Assembly: GCA_905178155.1 (NCBI GenBank)
Contig: CAJINV010000013.1
Span: 1,326,392-1,390,391, forward strand
Direction: 5' to 3'
Length of the DNA: 64,000 nucleotides
Origin: Amoebophrya sp. A120
Taxonomy: Eukaryota; Protista; Dinoflagellata
Shown: positions 25,763 through 37,310 of the stretch, in pieces
How positions within the stretch are numbered: position 1 is the first letter of the stretch
Layout: each line of letters begins with the position of its first letter
Notes under the pieces: model-generated
The model's input: the letters and a program-made list of their open reading frames with translations, nothing else
What the model was told of the DNA's origin: nothing
The model's database searches: none
Made by a program: the position numbers and the translations under genes

Positions 25763-28700
25763 ATGTCCTCGGCCAAGTCGCCTGCGCTGAAGCGACAAAA
25801 GCTAGACCCCGCCGGCGCCACGACAAAAACAACGCAGAAAAGCCCAAGGGCACAGCAATTAAATTCACAAGCGCAAAATAAACTACTGCGAGAAACAAAG
25901 CCGAGTGGAGCCGGGAAGCTGCAGGGGCCCGGTAGTGCTGCGGCCTCCCCCCGCGCAGCGCTGGCGCCGCGAAAGAGCAAGATGGATGGGAATCCAGCAG
26001 CAACCACCGGACGCGCTGCTGGCGACGAAAAAGAAGGAGAACTTCTCGCAACTACGACAGAGAACCAGCAGCACACTTCTGCAGTGCAGCTTTGTTATCC
26101 ATTGGACAGCACGAGTAGAGACGAGGAAGACGCACTGCTCGTGGGATTACAAAGAAAAGACGGTCCTTTTCTCTTGTCCGAGGATGGAGTATTAAAGATT
26201 TCAAACGACAGCACGACGTGTCGCACTTACGCCGAGTTTTCCTACCCCATTGAGAAGACGAAGGCAAGTCTGGACAAGAATGAATACCGGCACATTCGCA
26301 TGCATAACGGCATCCACGCAGTGCTGGTCTCGTTGAAAAATGAGGACGAAGATGAGGAAGCAGTAGCAGGCAGAGGTGAACAACAAGCGGAAGATGAAGT
26401 AGAGCACACTGGACGAAATCATGATGCTGGTCCTGCTGCCGTTGACGGTTCATCACTGGCTGTAAAAAAATCCGGAAATAATGATAACCCGCCGGTGCCG
26501 GCCTCCCCTTCCAAAGGCAGCGACGCGGCGGACGACGTGAAGGCGGCCTGCGCCGTGTCGGTTGGGGTGGGTCAGTTTTCGGACCCGGCGGAAGCCCAGG
26601 GGATCGCGCACTTCTGCGAGCACATGCTCTTCATGGGCTCCAGCAAGTACCCCGGGGAGAACGCGCACGAGCAGTGGCTCACGCAGAACGGCGGGTACAG
26701 CAACGCCTTCACCGAGTGCGAACAGACAACCTACTACTTCGAGTGCGACAACGAGGGCTTCGAAAAGGCGTGCGACATGACGTCGCAGTTTTTCATCGAC
26801 CCGCTGTTTGAAAAGGACGCCGTGGAGCGGGAGATTAAGGCGATCGAGTCCGAGTTCCGGCTGTCGCAGAACAGCGACCAGACGCGGATCGACCAGGTTT
26901 TGGCGCACTTGTGCACCAAGGGCCACGTGTATAACAGCTTCGGGTGGGGCAACTGGAAGTCCTTGTGGGAAACGCCGCTGGAGGAGAAGAAAAACGTCTA
27001 CGAGTTGGTGAAGAAGTTTTACCGGGAAGAGTACCTCACTTCTCGAATCTCGGTGTGCCTCGTCGGCTGCATGCCGCTGGATGAACTGGAAAGGTGCCTC
27101 AGAAACTCCTTCGGACAAATCCCGAAGAGGGAGGGTGCAGGAGCAGCAGCTCGTGGTGAGCAGCAGGGGCAGGAGGTATTGCCGTCTAGTAGTACAACCG
27201 CCGCAAAAGTAGAACAGATGGTCAAGAAGAACCCTGCGACAGAGGACGAACCACCACGGACATCAAAAATGGGCATGAAGAAAGCGCCACCTGTAGCTGC
27301 AGGTCCGTCCTCCTCCTCCGCTACCACTAATGGGAATAACAGCCACGACCACCAAAACGACTCGGACGCCGCAAAAACCCGAGCTGCACTACTCTCAGCA
27401 AAAACACCAATTGCGAAAAAGCAGGTTTTTTTCCCCCGCAACCCGTTGCTGCCCTTCTCCTACCGGAAGGACCCGCAACTTTCATCCTACCCCCCCATCA
27501 AGGATTCCGAGTTGCCCATGCTGCTGCGGCAGAAGCCCGTGGCGGACACGCACAAGCTGTATCTGGCCTGGGTTCTGCCCCCGATCAAGGACCCGAAGCA
27601 TCTGTTCTATCAGCACCCGTTGGAGATCATCAGCTATTGCATCGGCCACGAGTCGAAGGGGAGCATCTTGGAGTACCTGAAGCAGAAGCACTACGCTACG
27701 TCGCTGGCCGGGGGCCAGGGGCAGAGCGGGTACGAGGATAGCAGCATTTGCACCATGTTCACGATCGAGATCGGGTTGACGAAGAAGGGGTTGCAGCACT
27801 GGGACGAAGTGGTCGAAATCGTGTTTGCGGGCATGGAAATGATTCGATTGGAGTTCGAGAAGCTCCACGGCGAACTTTCCGACAGTGGAGCGGAAGGAGA
27901 GCAGATTCATCCTGTTGCTGGACTAAATGATGGCACTGCATCTTTGAAAAATAATAAAACGGGTGGAAATGTTAAAATGAAGCGCGCTTCGCTCAAGGAG
28001 AAAGGCGCGAATAATTCGACAAAAGTCGCTGTCGCGGTGGACACGAAATCTTCCACGTCGAACAAAAGAACCAGCGCAGCAGCAGCTACTGGAAATGCCG
28101 GTGCCGCCCAGGAAGAACTACCAGAGCAGCAGCAGAAAATAATAAATCGGCCTTTGTCCAAGCTGCACCAGATTTACGCGGAGGCACGACTGCTGAACAA
28201 CCTCGAGTTCCAGTTTTCCGAGGAGGAGCGGGGCATCGAGACCGCACAGCGCATCGTCGCGACGCTAGCCCCGTTATCAACTGTAAAAATGTCTGGGTCT
28301 GGAAGAATTGATGTTTGTCATGCTTGTCTGGCATGACTCTTAAATCTGTCATGCACGTTACCCAGGAGCTCTGTTTTTCTGTGATGCAGAAACGCAGTTT
28401 GTCATGCAGAATAGGCAACACCTAGAAGCTCAGAAACTTGTCATGCTGGGCCAGCATTTTTGGCCTCATCATGAGACGCTACCCAGCATCACAAGTTTCC
28501 AGACCCAGACACTTTTACATTTGATACCCGTGCTCCGGCATCCGCAAGTGCGACGTGCTGACCGGGGCGTATTTCTTCCCCGAAACGTATGGGAATGTCA
28601 GGATCGAAATCGACAAAATCGAAAAATTTGTAATGCATAAAATGTAGGGCACGCATTACCTGTGTTGGGGAGCAGGCAAATAAGACCGATTACAAGCCTG

Positions 28701-31700
28701 TTTAGGGGAAGACGATATGCTGCTAGAGTAGCATGACAGGAGCAGTCTTTTTGCTCAAACAGCATGACAGACTGAGTTTTGTTGCTCTCGAAATTTGTCA
28801 TGCGCCACTTAGAAACTGAGGCTCCAACTGGTATAGATTTTATGCATCACAAATTATTTCGATTTTGTTGATTTCGATCCTGACACTTCCATAAAACACC
28901 GGATTTGGAGCTCGCGTACGAGTATTTCAAGCAAATGAGCATTGACCGGTGCATTCTCGGGATTTTGTCCTCCAGCTACGGCCAGGCTGTTCGGAACGAA
29001 GAAGAGGAGGACGACGAGGAGGGCGTATCAAAATAAAAAATCCCTCCACCCCATATCCAAACGAAGTTTGTGATGCTGGATTCGCGTACACAAATCAGAT
29101 TTGTCTTGCTGGAGAGGAGTGCGCCCCATACCAAGCCTGAGCAGAGAGGCTTTGGACTAGGCTTTTGGCATGAGAAACGTCTGCGCTATAGGCCCAACAG
29201 CATTGCAAATCGCCTGCATAATGCGGCGCAGCCTGTGGAGTTGCATTCTTGCAAGACGGAGATGATTTGTGGTCGCAAATCAGCATTGCAGATTTTCTGC
29301 GACGTACCTTTTCGATATGGGGAGGGGGGATTTTTCCTCACAATAGGGCGACAATTCTGACGACGAAGATGCTGATGCGAAGCAGGACAATAAATCTATT
29401 ATAAAAGAGGTCGCGTCGTCGATCCAGAAGCGCAGTTCTCCTCGACAGAGCGATGTTGGAGGTTGTGCGTCCGGTGCAGTGATCAACATCCCGAACCGGC
29501 CGCGGAGTCGCAGCTGCCAGCAAGCCGTGCCGACGCCGCACAACGCGGCAGGCCGCAGGCTGTCGAAGCACGGCAGCATGCATAGTTCCGACGAGGATTT
29601 GTCCAGCGATTCTTTATCGGATGAGGAGGAGGAAGAGGAGGACAGCGTGAGCATGTCCGCTGAAGGAATAATAAATCCTCCAGCTGGTCGTGGGTCGCGG
29701 GCTCCTGTGTCGGAGATGAACAAGGTAGGTCCAGCACCGAAGAGGAAAAACAAAAAGAACTTGCCGCGAAATTCGGACGCTGAGCCGGAGCAGGAGGAGG
29801 AACTGTCAGATGAAGATGCCTCCCGGATGACGGTTCGGTCCGCCGCCACCTCCCGCACAAACGCTGCGCACCGAAAAGCGAACGAAAAGCTCGACCCCTG
29901 GCTGCCGCTCGGCGGAGCGGCGGGGCTGGATTGGGAAGTCGAGCCCTACTTCGAAACGGAATTTCACAAGTCCGAGATACCCTTCGTGCTCCTCAAAAAC
30001 TGGCGCAACCGGGACTACCTCCGGAAAAAGTACTTTTTGGGCGGAAATGAGAGTAGTTCTACTACAACGGGCACAACAAAAGTAGACAAGAATACTGCAT
30101 CTTCCTCCGACGTCGAAATGCTGACGCCCCGTGGAGGTGGTGATACTTCTAAAGTTGCACAGCCGCACCATCCGCGGATTCATTTTCCGCCCGCAAACCC
30201 GTTTCTGCCGAAGGATTTTCGGTTGCTGGAGCCCGAGGACGGTAGTCGCGCAGAGAGTAGTAAAGCGGGAGCAACTGCCACTGGTAACAAAACCAGCGGT
30301 CCCGCTGCGACAAGTAGGACAAAGAGAAATTCTGGGAACAATGCAGCGGGAAGTTGTAGTGCCACGCATCTTCAAACAGCCTCAGGAAAGAATGCGTCTG
30401 CTGTCGCACTCGCGGGGAAAGACGCGCTTTCCTTCACGCCCCCCAGCTTGCCGGAAGGACCATTGGCCAAAAGTCTCAGGTTGAAGGACGACAGTGTGTC
30501 TGGTCCTGTTGCGGTCGATGAAAACACGACAGGAAATAATGATGGCACGAGTGCGATCATGAACAGTCATAAAGCCGCGAAAAACACCATAAACGCCAAG
30601 AATAGCAAAACCCCCGCGACGAGCGCCATTAAATCTGTGAGCAATCCACCGTCCCCTCCTGCGCAAACGGCATTGCACACCCTGATTAGTCAGCAAATCG
30701 TCGAGAAGCGGCTGGAAGTGCCAAGGCTGTTCGAGAAGAGTGAGGTCTGCCAGCTCCCGGACCGACTAATATCCCGGTTCGAGAAAAAGACGAAGAAGAC
30801 GGCACAGATTTTGCTCCACACCGTGACCGTCGGAGGAGCATCGGACAATAAAAAAGCTGCAACTACAAGTGCTCAACAGCAGGAGCACCAGCAAATCCTG
30901 ACGCCCCTGTACCGGTTCTACTCTTTCCACAAGCACTTTGACATGCCGAAAACCCACGTTTTCCTCCGGCTGTACCCGACCTTTCACGACATTCTGTCGA
31001 CCATCGATTCGGTCTGCCTTACCTGGCTGTGCCGCACGCTGGAGGACCGGCAGAGCGACATCGCGTACCAGGCGGACACTGCGCAGCTTCATTTCTCCAT
31101 CACCTCCGCCATGGAGGGGTACCTTGTGCTACATTTCTGGGGCTTCAGCGAGAAGCTCGCGGACCTGATGCGTGCGGTTTTGGGGAACGTGATGCGCTTC
31201 TGTGGGGACTACGGACTGAAAACGCCGGGGATGTTGTGCGCTAGCAGGACAACTATTTCTACAGGCGGTGCCCAGACTGGTGGAACAACATCAAAGGCAG
31301 CCAATGCAGGAGCAAATTCATCTACTACAGCGCTGAACAAACCACCAATAGATAATAAAGAACAACTCCACGAGCACGCGGGAGAGCTGTTACACACCGA
31401 CGGCCGCGTGGAGGCGATTCGGCAGAAGCTCGCCCGCAAGTATGCGAACGCGAATCTCGACGCGTCTTCGCACTCCGACCGTTTGCGTCAGGAGCTGTTG
31501 GTTGCTAGTTGCCACGACCTCGAGGCGCAAGTGGCTTTCATCGATCCGCAGTGCGAGGAAGAGGCTGATAGTGTCGCCGCTGTTGGCAGTAGCAAAACCG
31601 CGAACCAGCCCGTGGACTTCAAATCTCTGTTGACATCAACATTTTTGCCCGGAGGTGGAACTTCATCTACAGAGGGAATAAAGGCATTCGCGACAACCAC

Positions 31701-33687
31701 GACGGCCTTGAAAAGTGGAGCAACAACGGCGGGCAATCATAAACTCAACCCTCCGCCGCGTGTAGGAACAATGAATGCGACCAATTCGTCTCATAACAAT
31801 CTCCTCCCCGTTCCAGGACCTTCGCCAAATTTGATTCCGCAGCACAAACAGACGACGCGGGAGCGGTCATCAAGTAAGACGCAGGTTAACAAAGACAACC
31901 CGAAGCTTATTCTGAGTAAAAACGTCCCCATCCCAGAGTTGTCATGCAAATCTGCATGCCAAAACCGTTTCTCATGCAGAGCCCCATGAGAAGCATTTTC
32001 TATTCGTATTTGGAAATTTCTGATGCTAGAATCAGCATGATATGCTGTATCTGTGACGCTTCTGATCTAGCTAAACAGGATTACACTACAAAGACGAACT
32101 TGTCATGCGAAACAACCAAAGCTGTTGGATTTGTATAGCAGATTTCGCATCTTGACTCTGGTGTGGGGACGTTTTTACTCAGGATAAAGCTGGACGAGAC
32201 GTACGCGAAATTCGCGGAATATGCCGAAAGGTTCTTCTCGCTTTTCTATCAAATGTAAAAATGTCTGGGTCTGGAAGGGTTGGAACTTGTGATGCAAACT
32301 CTGGAACACACAAAAATTTGTGTTGCATGAGCGCCAAAAGCTGTCCATTTCTTGGCACGCAAGTAGGAAGTTTCTCATGCGGGACAGGCATCATGAGGCG
32401 TGCTCAAAACCTGTGATGCTTTTGCCTGCATCAGACGCCATTTGCGTGATCCGAAATATGCATGATAAATCTCGCAATCTTCCAGACCCAGACATTTTTA
32501 CATTTCATATTTTCCGGATTGACATGCTGATTGAGGGAAATTTCGACACCCAATTGCAGACGGCGGTCGCAGATCTGGTGAAGGCGGAAACCGGCTGCGG
32601 CACGCGGACGTTGTCGCCCCAGGAACAGAAAATGTTCACAATCGTTGGTAGTGGAACGACTTCTACACCTGCGGAAACCTCAGCAGTTACCGCGGAAAAT
32701 AAGAATGCGACGACAAACAACTTCCAGAGCGATAACAATAAACATCATCAGCTGCAGCTCACCCCCGCGGAGCAGTTTCTGCAGCACTACCCCATCCACT
32801 GCAACTACTGCCAGAAACTGCCGAAGAACACGACGCTGCTGACCGTGCAGCCGTCCGCGGACGCGAAGCAGAAGAACACCGTGATCACGCTGTACTACCA
32901 GTTTGAGCGGACCAGTCCGACGCTGTCGGCCGCGAACGAGTTTCTGCAGGACCTTTTATACGAGCCGATGTTCAACGAGCTGCGCACGAAGCAGCAGCTG
33001 GGCTACAGTGTGAACTGCGCGATCCGCGACACCTACGGGGTGGCAGGGTTTATGTTTACCATCTGTTCCTCGAGTTTTGACTGCGTGTATTTGTTGGAAA
33101 AGTTGCTGAAGTTCATCCACGAGTTCGACTTGGTAAAGGAGCTCGGGGAGGAAGCGATCGAGCAAGTGCGGCACAACTGCGCGAAGAAACTCTTGGAGCC
33201 CTGTCGCAACTTGACCGACTTGGCCGCCCTCCACTGGGGGTGCATGACGGAAACGCGGGCCCCGCGGTGGCAGCACGACCGGGAAATTGCGTACTCGCTG
33301 AAGCACGCCGACGTGGTCGGGTTGTGGAACCAGATCCGGAACTTTGGGCGGCGCACGGAGAAACAAAACTCGCTACTGAACGGACGAATTCTGACGGTCG
33401 TGTTGTCTGAGAAAACGGAAAAAGCGAAAGCAAAACTGGAACAGAAACTGACCAAGCTGCTTACGACAGCAAATAACAGTACTGTGAACGTAACAACAAG
33501 AAGTGGTGAAGGCGCAGTTAGTGCCACAACATCTACTTCACGCAAGCTGGAGAAAGAGCAGAGTCAGACCTCCGGGCCCGCACAGCTGAAAGTAGTTAAG
33601 TATGCCGAAAGTCGAAAGTTTTGGCGCTTGAAAAAAAGCCGGGAAGTAGGGGCGTTCTTCCATCCCGGCGACCTGTTGCTTCATTGA
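25763..33687 (+). CDS. M16A metallopeptidase (insulysin/nardilysin-like), ~2159 aa, 6 exons
   Basis: HXXEH motif (GIAHFCEHMLFMGSSKYP), NAFT, GHESKGS, EPMFNELRTKQQLGYSV, and an acidic insert near the N-terminus. Exons 25763-28274, 28532-28587, 28899-29025, 29351-31907, 32192-32246 and 32515-33687 sum to 6480 nt (a multiple of 3) after removing five TIR elements, each plus one TSD. Confidence 0.9.
28275..28526. mobile_element. TIR introner, family A (252 nt), TSD CCCGT
   Basis: TATCAACTGTAAAAATGTCTGGGTCTGGAA / TTCCAGACCCAGACACTTTTACATTTGATA. Perfect TSD. Confidence 0.93.
28588..28893. mobile_element. TIR introner with ~55-nt TIRs (306 nt), TSD AAACG/AAACA
   Basis: TATGGGAATGTCAGGATCGAAATCGACAAAATCGAAA… / …TTTCGATTTTGTTGATTTCGATCCTGACACTTCCATA. 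Confidence 0.92.
29026..29345. mobile_element. TIR introner, family B, reverse orientation (320 nt), TSD GGGCG
   Basis: Its left arm is the reverse complement of the right arm of the copies at 9508, 43463 and 56902. Perfect TSD. Confidence 0.92.
31908..32186. mobile_element. TIR introner, family C (279 nt), TSD AAGCT
   Basis: TATTCTGAGTAAAAACGTCCCCA / TGGGGACGTTTTTACTCAGGATA. Perfect TSD. Confidence 0.92.
32247..32509. mobile_element. TIR introner, family A (263 nt), TSD TTTTC
   Basis: TATCAAATGTAAAAATGTCTGGGTCTGGAAG / CTTCCAGACCCAGACATTTTTACATTTCATA. The junction restores FFSLF-RIDMLIEGNF. Confidence 0.93.
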
Positions 33688-35148
33688 TAAACGTGGAGTT
33701 GTGCGGGCTCTGCATCGAAGCACTCAGTAGAGAGCCACGGCACCATTGACGCTGCACGATGAAGATGATTTCTACGTTGGTTTTTTTGACGCGACAGTTT
33801 CCAGGCTTTTCAATCGCAAATATCTACGCGGCACTCGTCCAAGGCGAAGCCTAATGGCTCACGCTAAGTTACACTAAAGATGAACGCGTCCACTCTAGTG
33901 CACGATCAACGTGAGTGGTTTATTGTCTCAATCAAAGAAGAAGGACCAATTAAGCTTTTGTATGAACTTCGATCAAATTTTTATCTGGCGCAGAAGCGAC
34001 TAGAGGATGAAGAAGTAGCTTAAAAAGTAACAAGAAAATCAAAACTATCGAGAGAGTGTAGTAGCTGGTCTCTGCCGGCCCGCCAGGCTAACAAAATGCT
34101 CAGAAGTGCAAGCGATTGCTGTTCCTTTGCGGGCGTCTTTTTTTCCGATTGATGTCAGTCTGCATTTTTTTTTCGCACAGAGATGTGTTTGTGTCGGTTC
34201 GTTTTTTCGCATGGTGGCTTCTTGCGTTCATAGTCATTTTGTGCCACCTATTTGGTGCACTAAACTAAGTGAAGAAAAACTTCTTCGATACTCTATGACT
34301 TCGAAACGTAGGTGCAGTTGTAAGTCATCAGCGCCTCTGCTTTTTGGTCGTGCGTTTTTCTGTTTTGTGAAGCCAAGAGCACTTCTATAGGCACCGTCCG
34401 TCCAAGAGTGTCCGTGCAAGGTCGTTTCCGAGTACGAAGTGTCCGTTCTTTCGAAAAGTTTGATTCCGTACAAGTGAGAATGAAAGGTAAAACGCTTCTG
34501 CTCGTCGTATTGTACCATTTTTTTCGTACAACAATTGCCATTTTTTTTTTTCCGTCCCGATTCGTTCTGGTTCGTGCAGTGTTGAAAAAACTGGATCTTG
34601 CCGCGTATAGTACTAAACCTGATTTGTTCAGGGTCAATCGCATGCAGTTGCGTTTAGGTTTTTTCGTACTGCTTCTTGTTTCAACGAAGCCTCTTTGTGA
34701 CGTTTCAACAAGAAAAAAACCAAAGTTTCAGTTAGAGAACCCTTTGCTCCCTATTCCTGAGTCTCAGAAGACACTTGGGATACCCTCTCAACAGCCACTA
34801 CACCAAAAGCGTTTTTTTTGCCTAGAAATTTGCACCTCGCAAACCGCAAAAAATAATACAATCTTAAACAAATAATCTGAATCCACCATTCCAATTAAAA
34901 ACCCTAGGGTGTTTTTTTGGCACGGATTAGACATTTGTTGTCTTAGTAGATTTTGGTACAGTAGGATTTTTTAGCGTCTGTCATACGCTTCTAAAGTTAA
35001 CCATTTTTGAAGGAGCAGATATATTATACGCGAGGAAGAGTAACAAGAACTTCAAATTGACAACTACATTGTTGCGAAACCAAACTCAAACCGCGTCTTC
35101 TGAGGAACAACCGTATCTACTTACTCGGAAGAGGACACCACGACCAAG

Positions 35149-37310
35149 ATGAGCAAGCCGCGACCGAGCATTTTCGCAGTGCCCGAGGTGGACATCATCT
35201 GCGAGCCCGCCGGGCCGCCGAATAAGTACCCGGATGTGCTGGACCCGATTCGCGAGGAGGCGAAGGCGGAGAAGCGAAGGCTGATGGGAAAGTTCGCCCT
35301 CTACTTTGCCCCGCACACCGCCCAGCACGCGTTTGCGTACGAGCCCAACGCGTTCTCGTACGAGATCAACAGCCCCGTGAAGCCGCACGCGTCCTACCCC
35401 CGGTTTCTGGTCTGCCACATGTGCGGGGGCGGATTCGGCCCGCAGTCGCTCGAGTTGCACTTGAAGGTGTGCGAGGAAAAGTGGGACGCGCAGGAGGCGC
35501 AGCGCGAGCCAGGCGAGCCGACTCGGGACATCCCCAGCAGACCCAGCGTCACGCCAGCAGACCCAAATAATTGGACCAGAGGAGAAGTTGACGAATACAA
35601 CAAGCAGGCCACGGAAGCATACAATGAAAATGGTATGGATCATTTTTATTTACGCGGATAAATCTCTACTCAAGATAGAATTTGCTCTCTAGATGTACTT
35701 GTGCCTCTACTTGTAAAAATTTCGCGGAAAAATCATTATAGACAATATTTATGTCGTTCCCTACAAATAAAAAAAATCCGAAAAAATCGTTCCGAAACTA
35801 CAGCCCTGTTCGAGTGTGAGAAATGCGGAAGGAAATTCAATGAGGAGTCCTTCGCCGCGCACTTCAACGGTTGCGACAAAACCGCGGGCGGCAATCCCAA
35901 GATTTCTCCCTGCAACCTGTGCGGAAAAATTCTTTTTGGCGACCAGCACCGGCTGTACCACACGCGAAAGTGTCGCTGCAACTTTTGGGACATGCCGGTA
36001 TGCGGAAGAGCCATCGGGCCGGCGTGCTACGTGTGCGGAAAGGAGTGCAGTTCCAAGAGTTTGGATCGACACGTCGCCATGTGCGAGAAGCAATGGGTGG
36101 CGAGAGAAGAAAACAAAGTATACTTCATATATTGTTCAGACGATAATAGTAGTTGTAGTTGTACTAGTAGATCATCACATTGATTTTTGAACCACGCTAC
36201 GATATGCTGGTCATCTTCTCGCTTCATGCGCGATCACGACTTGGATCTCATTTTCGTTCAAACAAATGCATCTTTATCTTTTCGAAGCGCGGGTCGAAAA
36301 TCTAAATCTGCGAGTGCCCAGCGAAGCTGGTGTGGATTGGTAATGATACGTTTTGTGTACCAGCCTATGCGTATGCCATTAACGTCATCTATGTCGATTA
36401 ATCGTTAAATACCTGATCCTTTCAGGTTTACCCCGACGACCGGCTCCCACTCCCTTCCAAAATTGGGGGTTCCGGCGGTTGGGACGCGCAGAAGCAGGCT
36501 ATGCTGGGCTGCGGCGCGATGAAGACCTGCGAGAACTGCGGCAAGAGCTTTTATGCCGAATCCTATGAGAAGCACATTCGCGGGTGCGGGCAGGAGCAGA
36601 CGTTGGAAAACTTTCTGAAGCAGCAGAAGAACAAAACAAGGAAGCGCGAGCTGGTGCTCGGCTGCGAAGATGGATACTTCCGGAAGTACAACCCGAGACC
36701 CAGCGAGAAGGGCGTGTGTTGCTACATCTGCGGCAGGAAATTCGGGTACGCAAGCATCGACATCCACATTAAGGCCTGCATTCACGTTTGGGAGGAAAGG
36801 GAGAATGCAAAGTCGGACCGCGAGGAGAAAAGGTACAAACAACTGCTCTTTAAATACTGATATTCATCGATGATGCATTTTATTTATTCGCAGTGTGTTC
36901 GCCACGTAATCAGAGTTTCATTTTCGTGACGTCGCCGTGCTTCTGCGCTGAGAAGTTTATCGTCGAACATAAGCCTCACTGAGTGAGTCTCAGTCACATG
37001 AAGATGTAACTACTCAGCTTTTTGATCATGCTGCATGTGTAGATGCATGAAATTAAGAAGCGTTTGTCTTCGAAGATTCGGAAACCTTGGTAAAAATACA
37101 TATGAAAACAGGCCCGTTCCGTCCCGGCCTCCTCAGTTTGACAGCTTCAAGTCGAATGCCATGTCCCTTGCGGAGTGGAATAAGTGGGTCTTTGAGAACT
37201 GCGCGCTCTACGTTCCGTGCAAAAATTGCAACCGCACGTTCTTGCCCGAACAGCTGGCCAAGCACCGTCGCGGCTGCAAACCGCAGGGCGCGCCCGCGGA
37301 GTGGCGATGA
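35149..37310 (+). CDS. ZNF474-like multi C2HC zinc-finger protein, 4 exons with canonical GT-AG introns
   Basis: Repeated CxxCGxxF..S...H...C..W modules (CHMCGGGFGPQSLELHLKVC, CYICGRKFGYASIDIHIKAC, CKNCNRTFLPEQLAKHRRGC). In-frame GT-AG joins. Confidence 0.85.

Noticed and set aside
28275-28526. Reading the elements as Tc1/mariner MITEs with a TA target duplication
   Set aside because: Removing the element with one TA does not restore the frame. A 5-bp duplication lies outside the TA, so TA belongs to the TIR.
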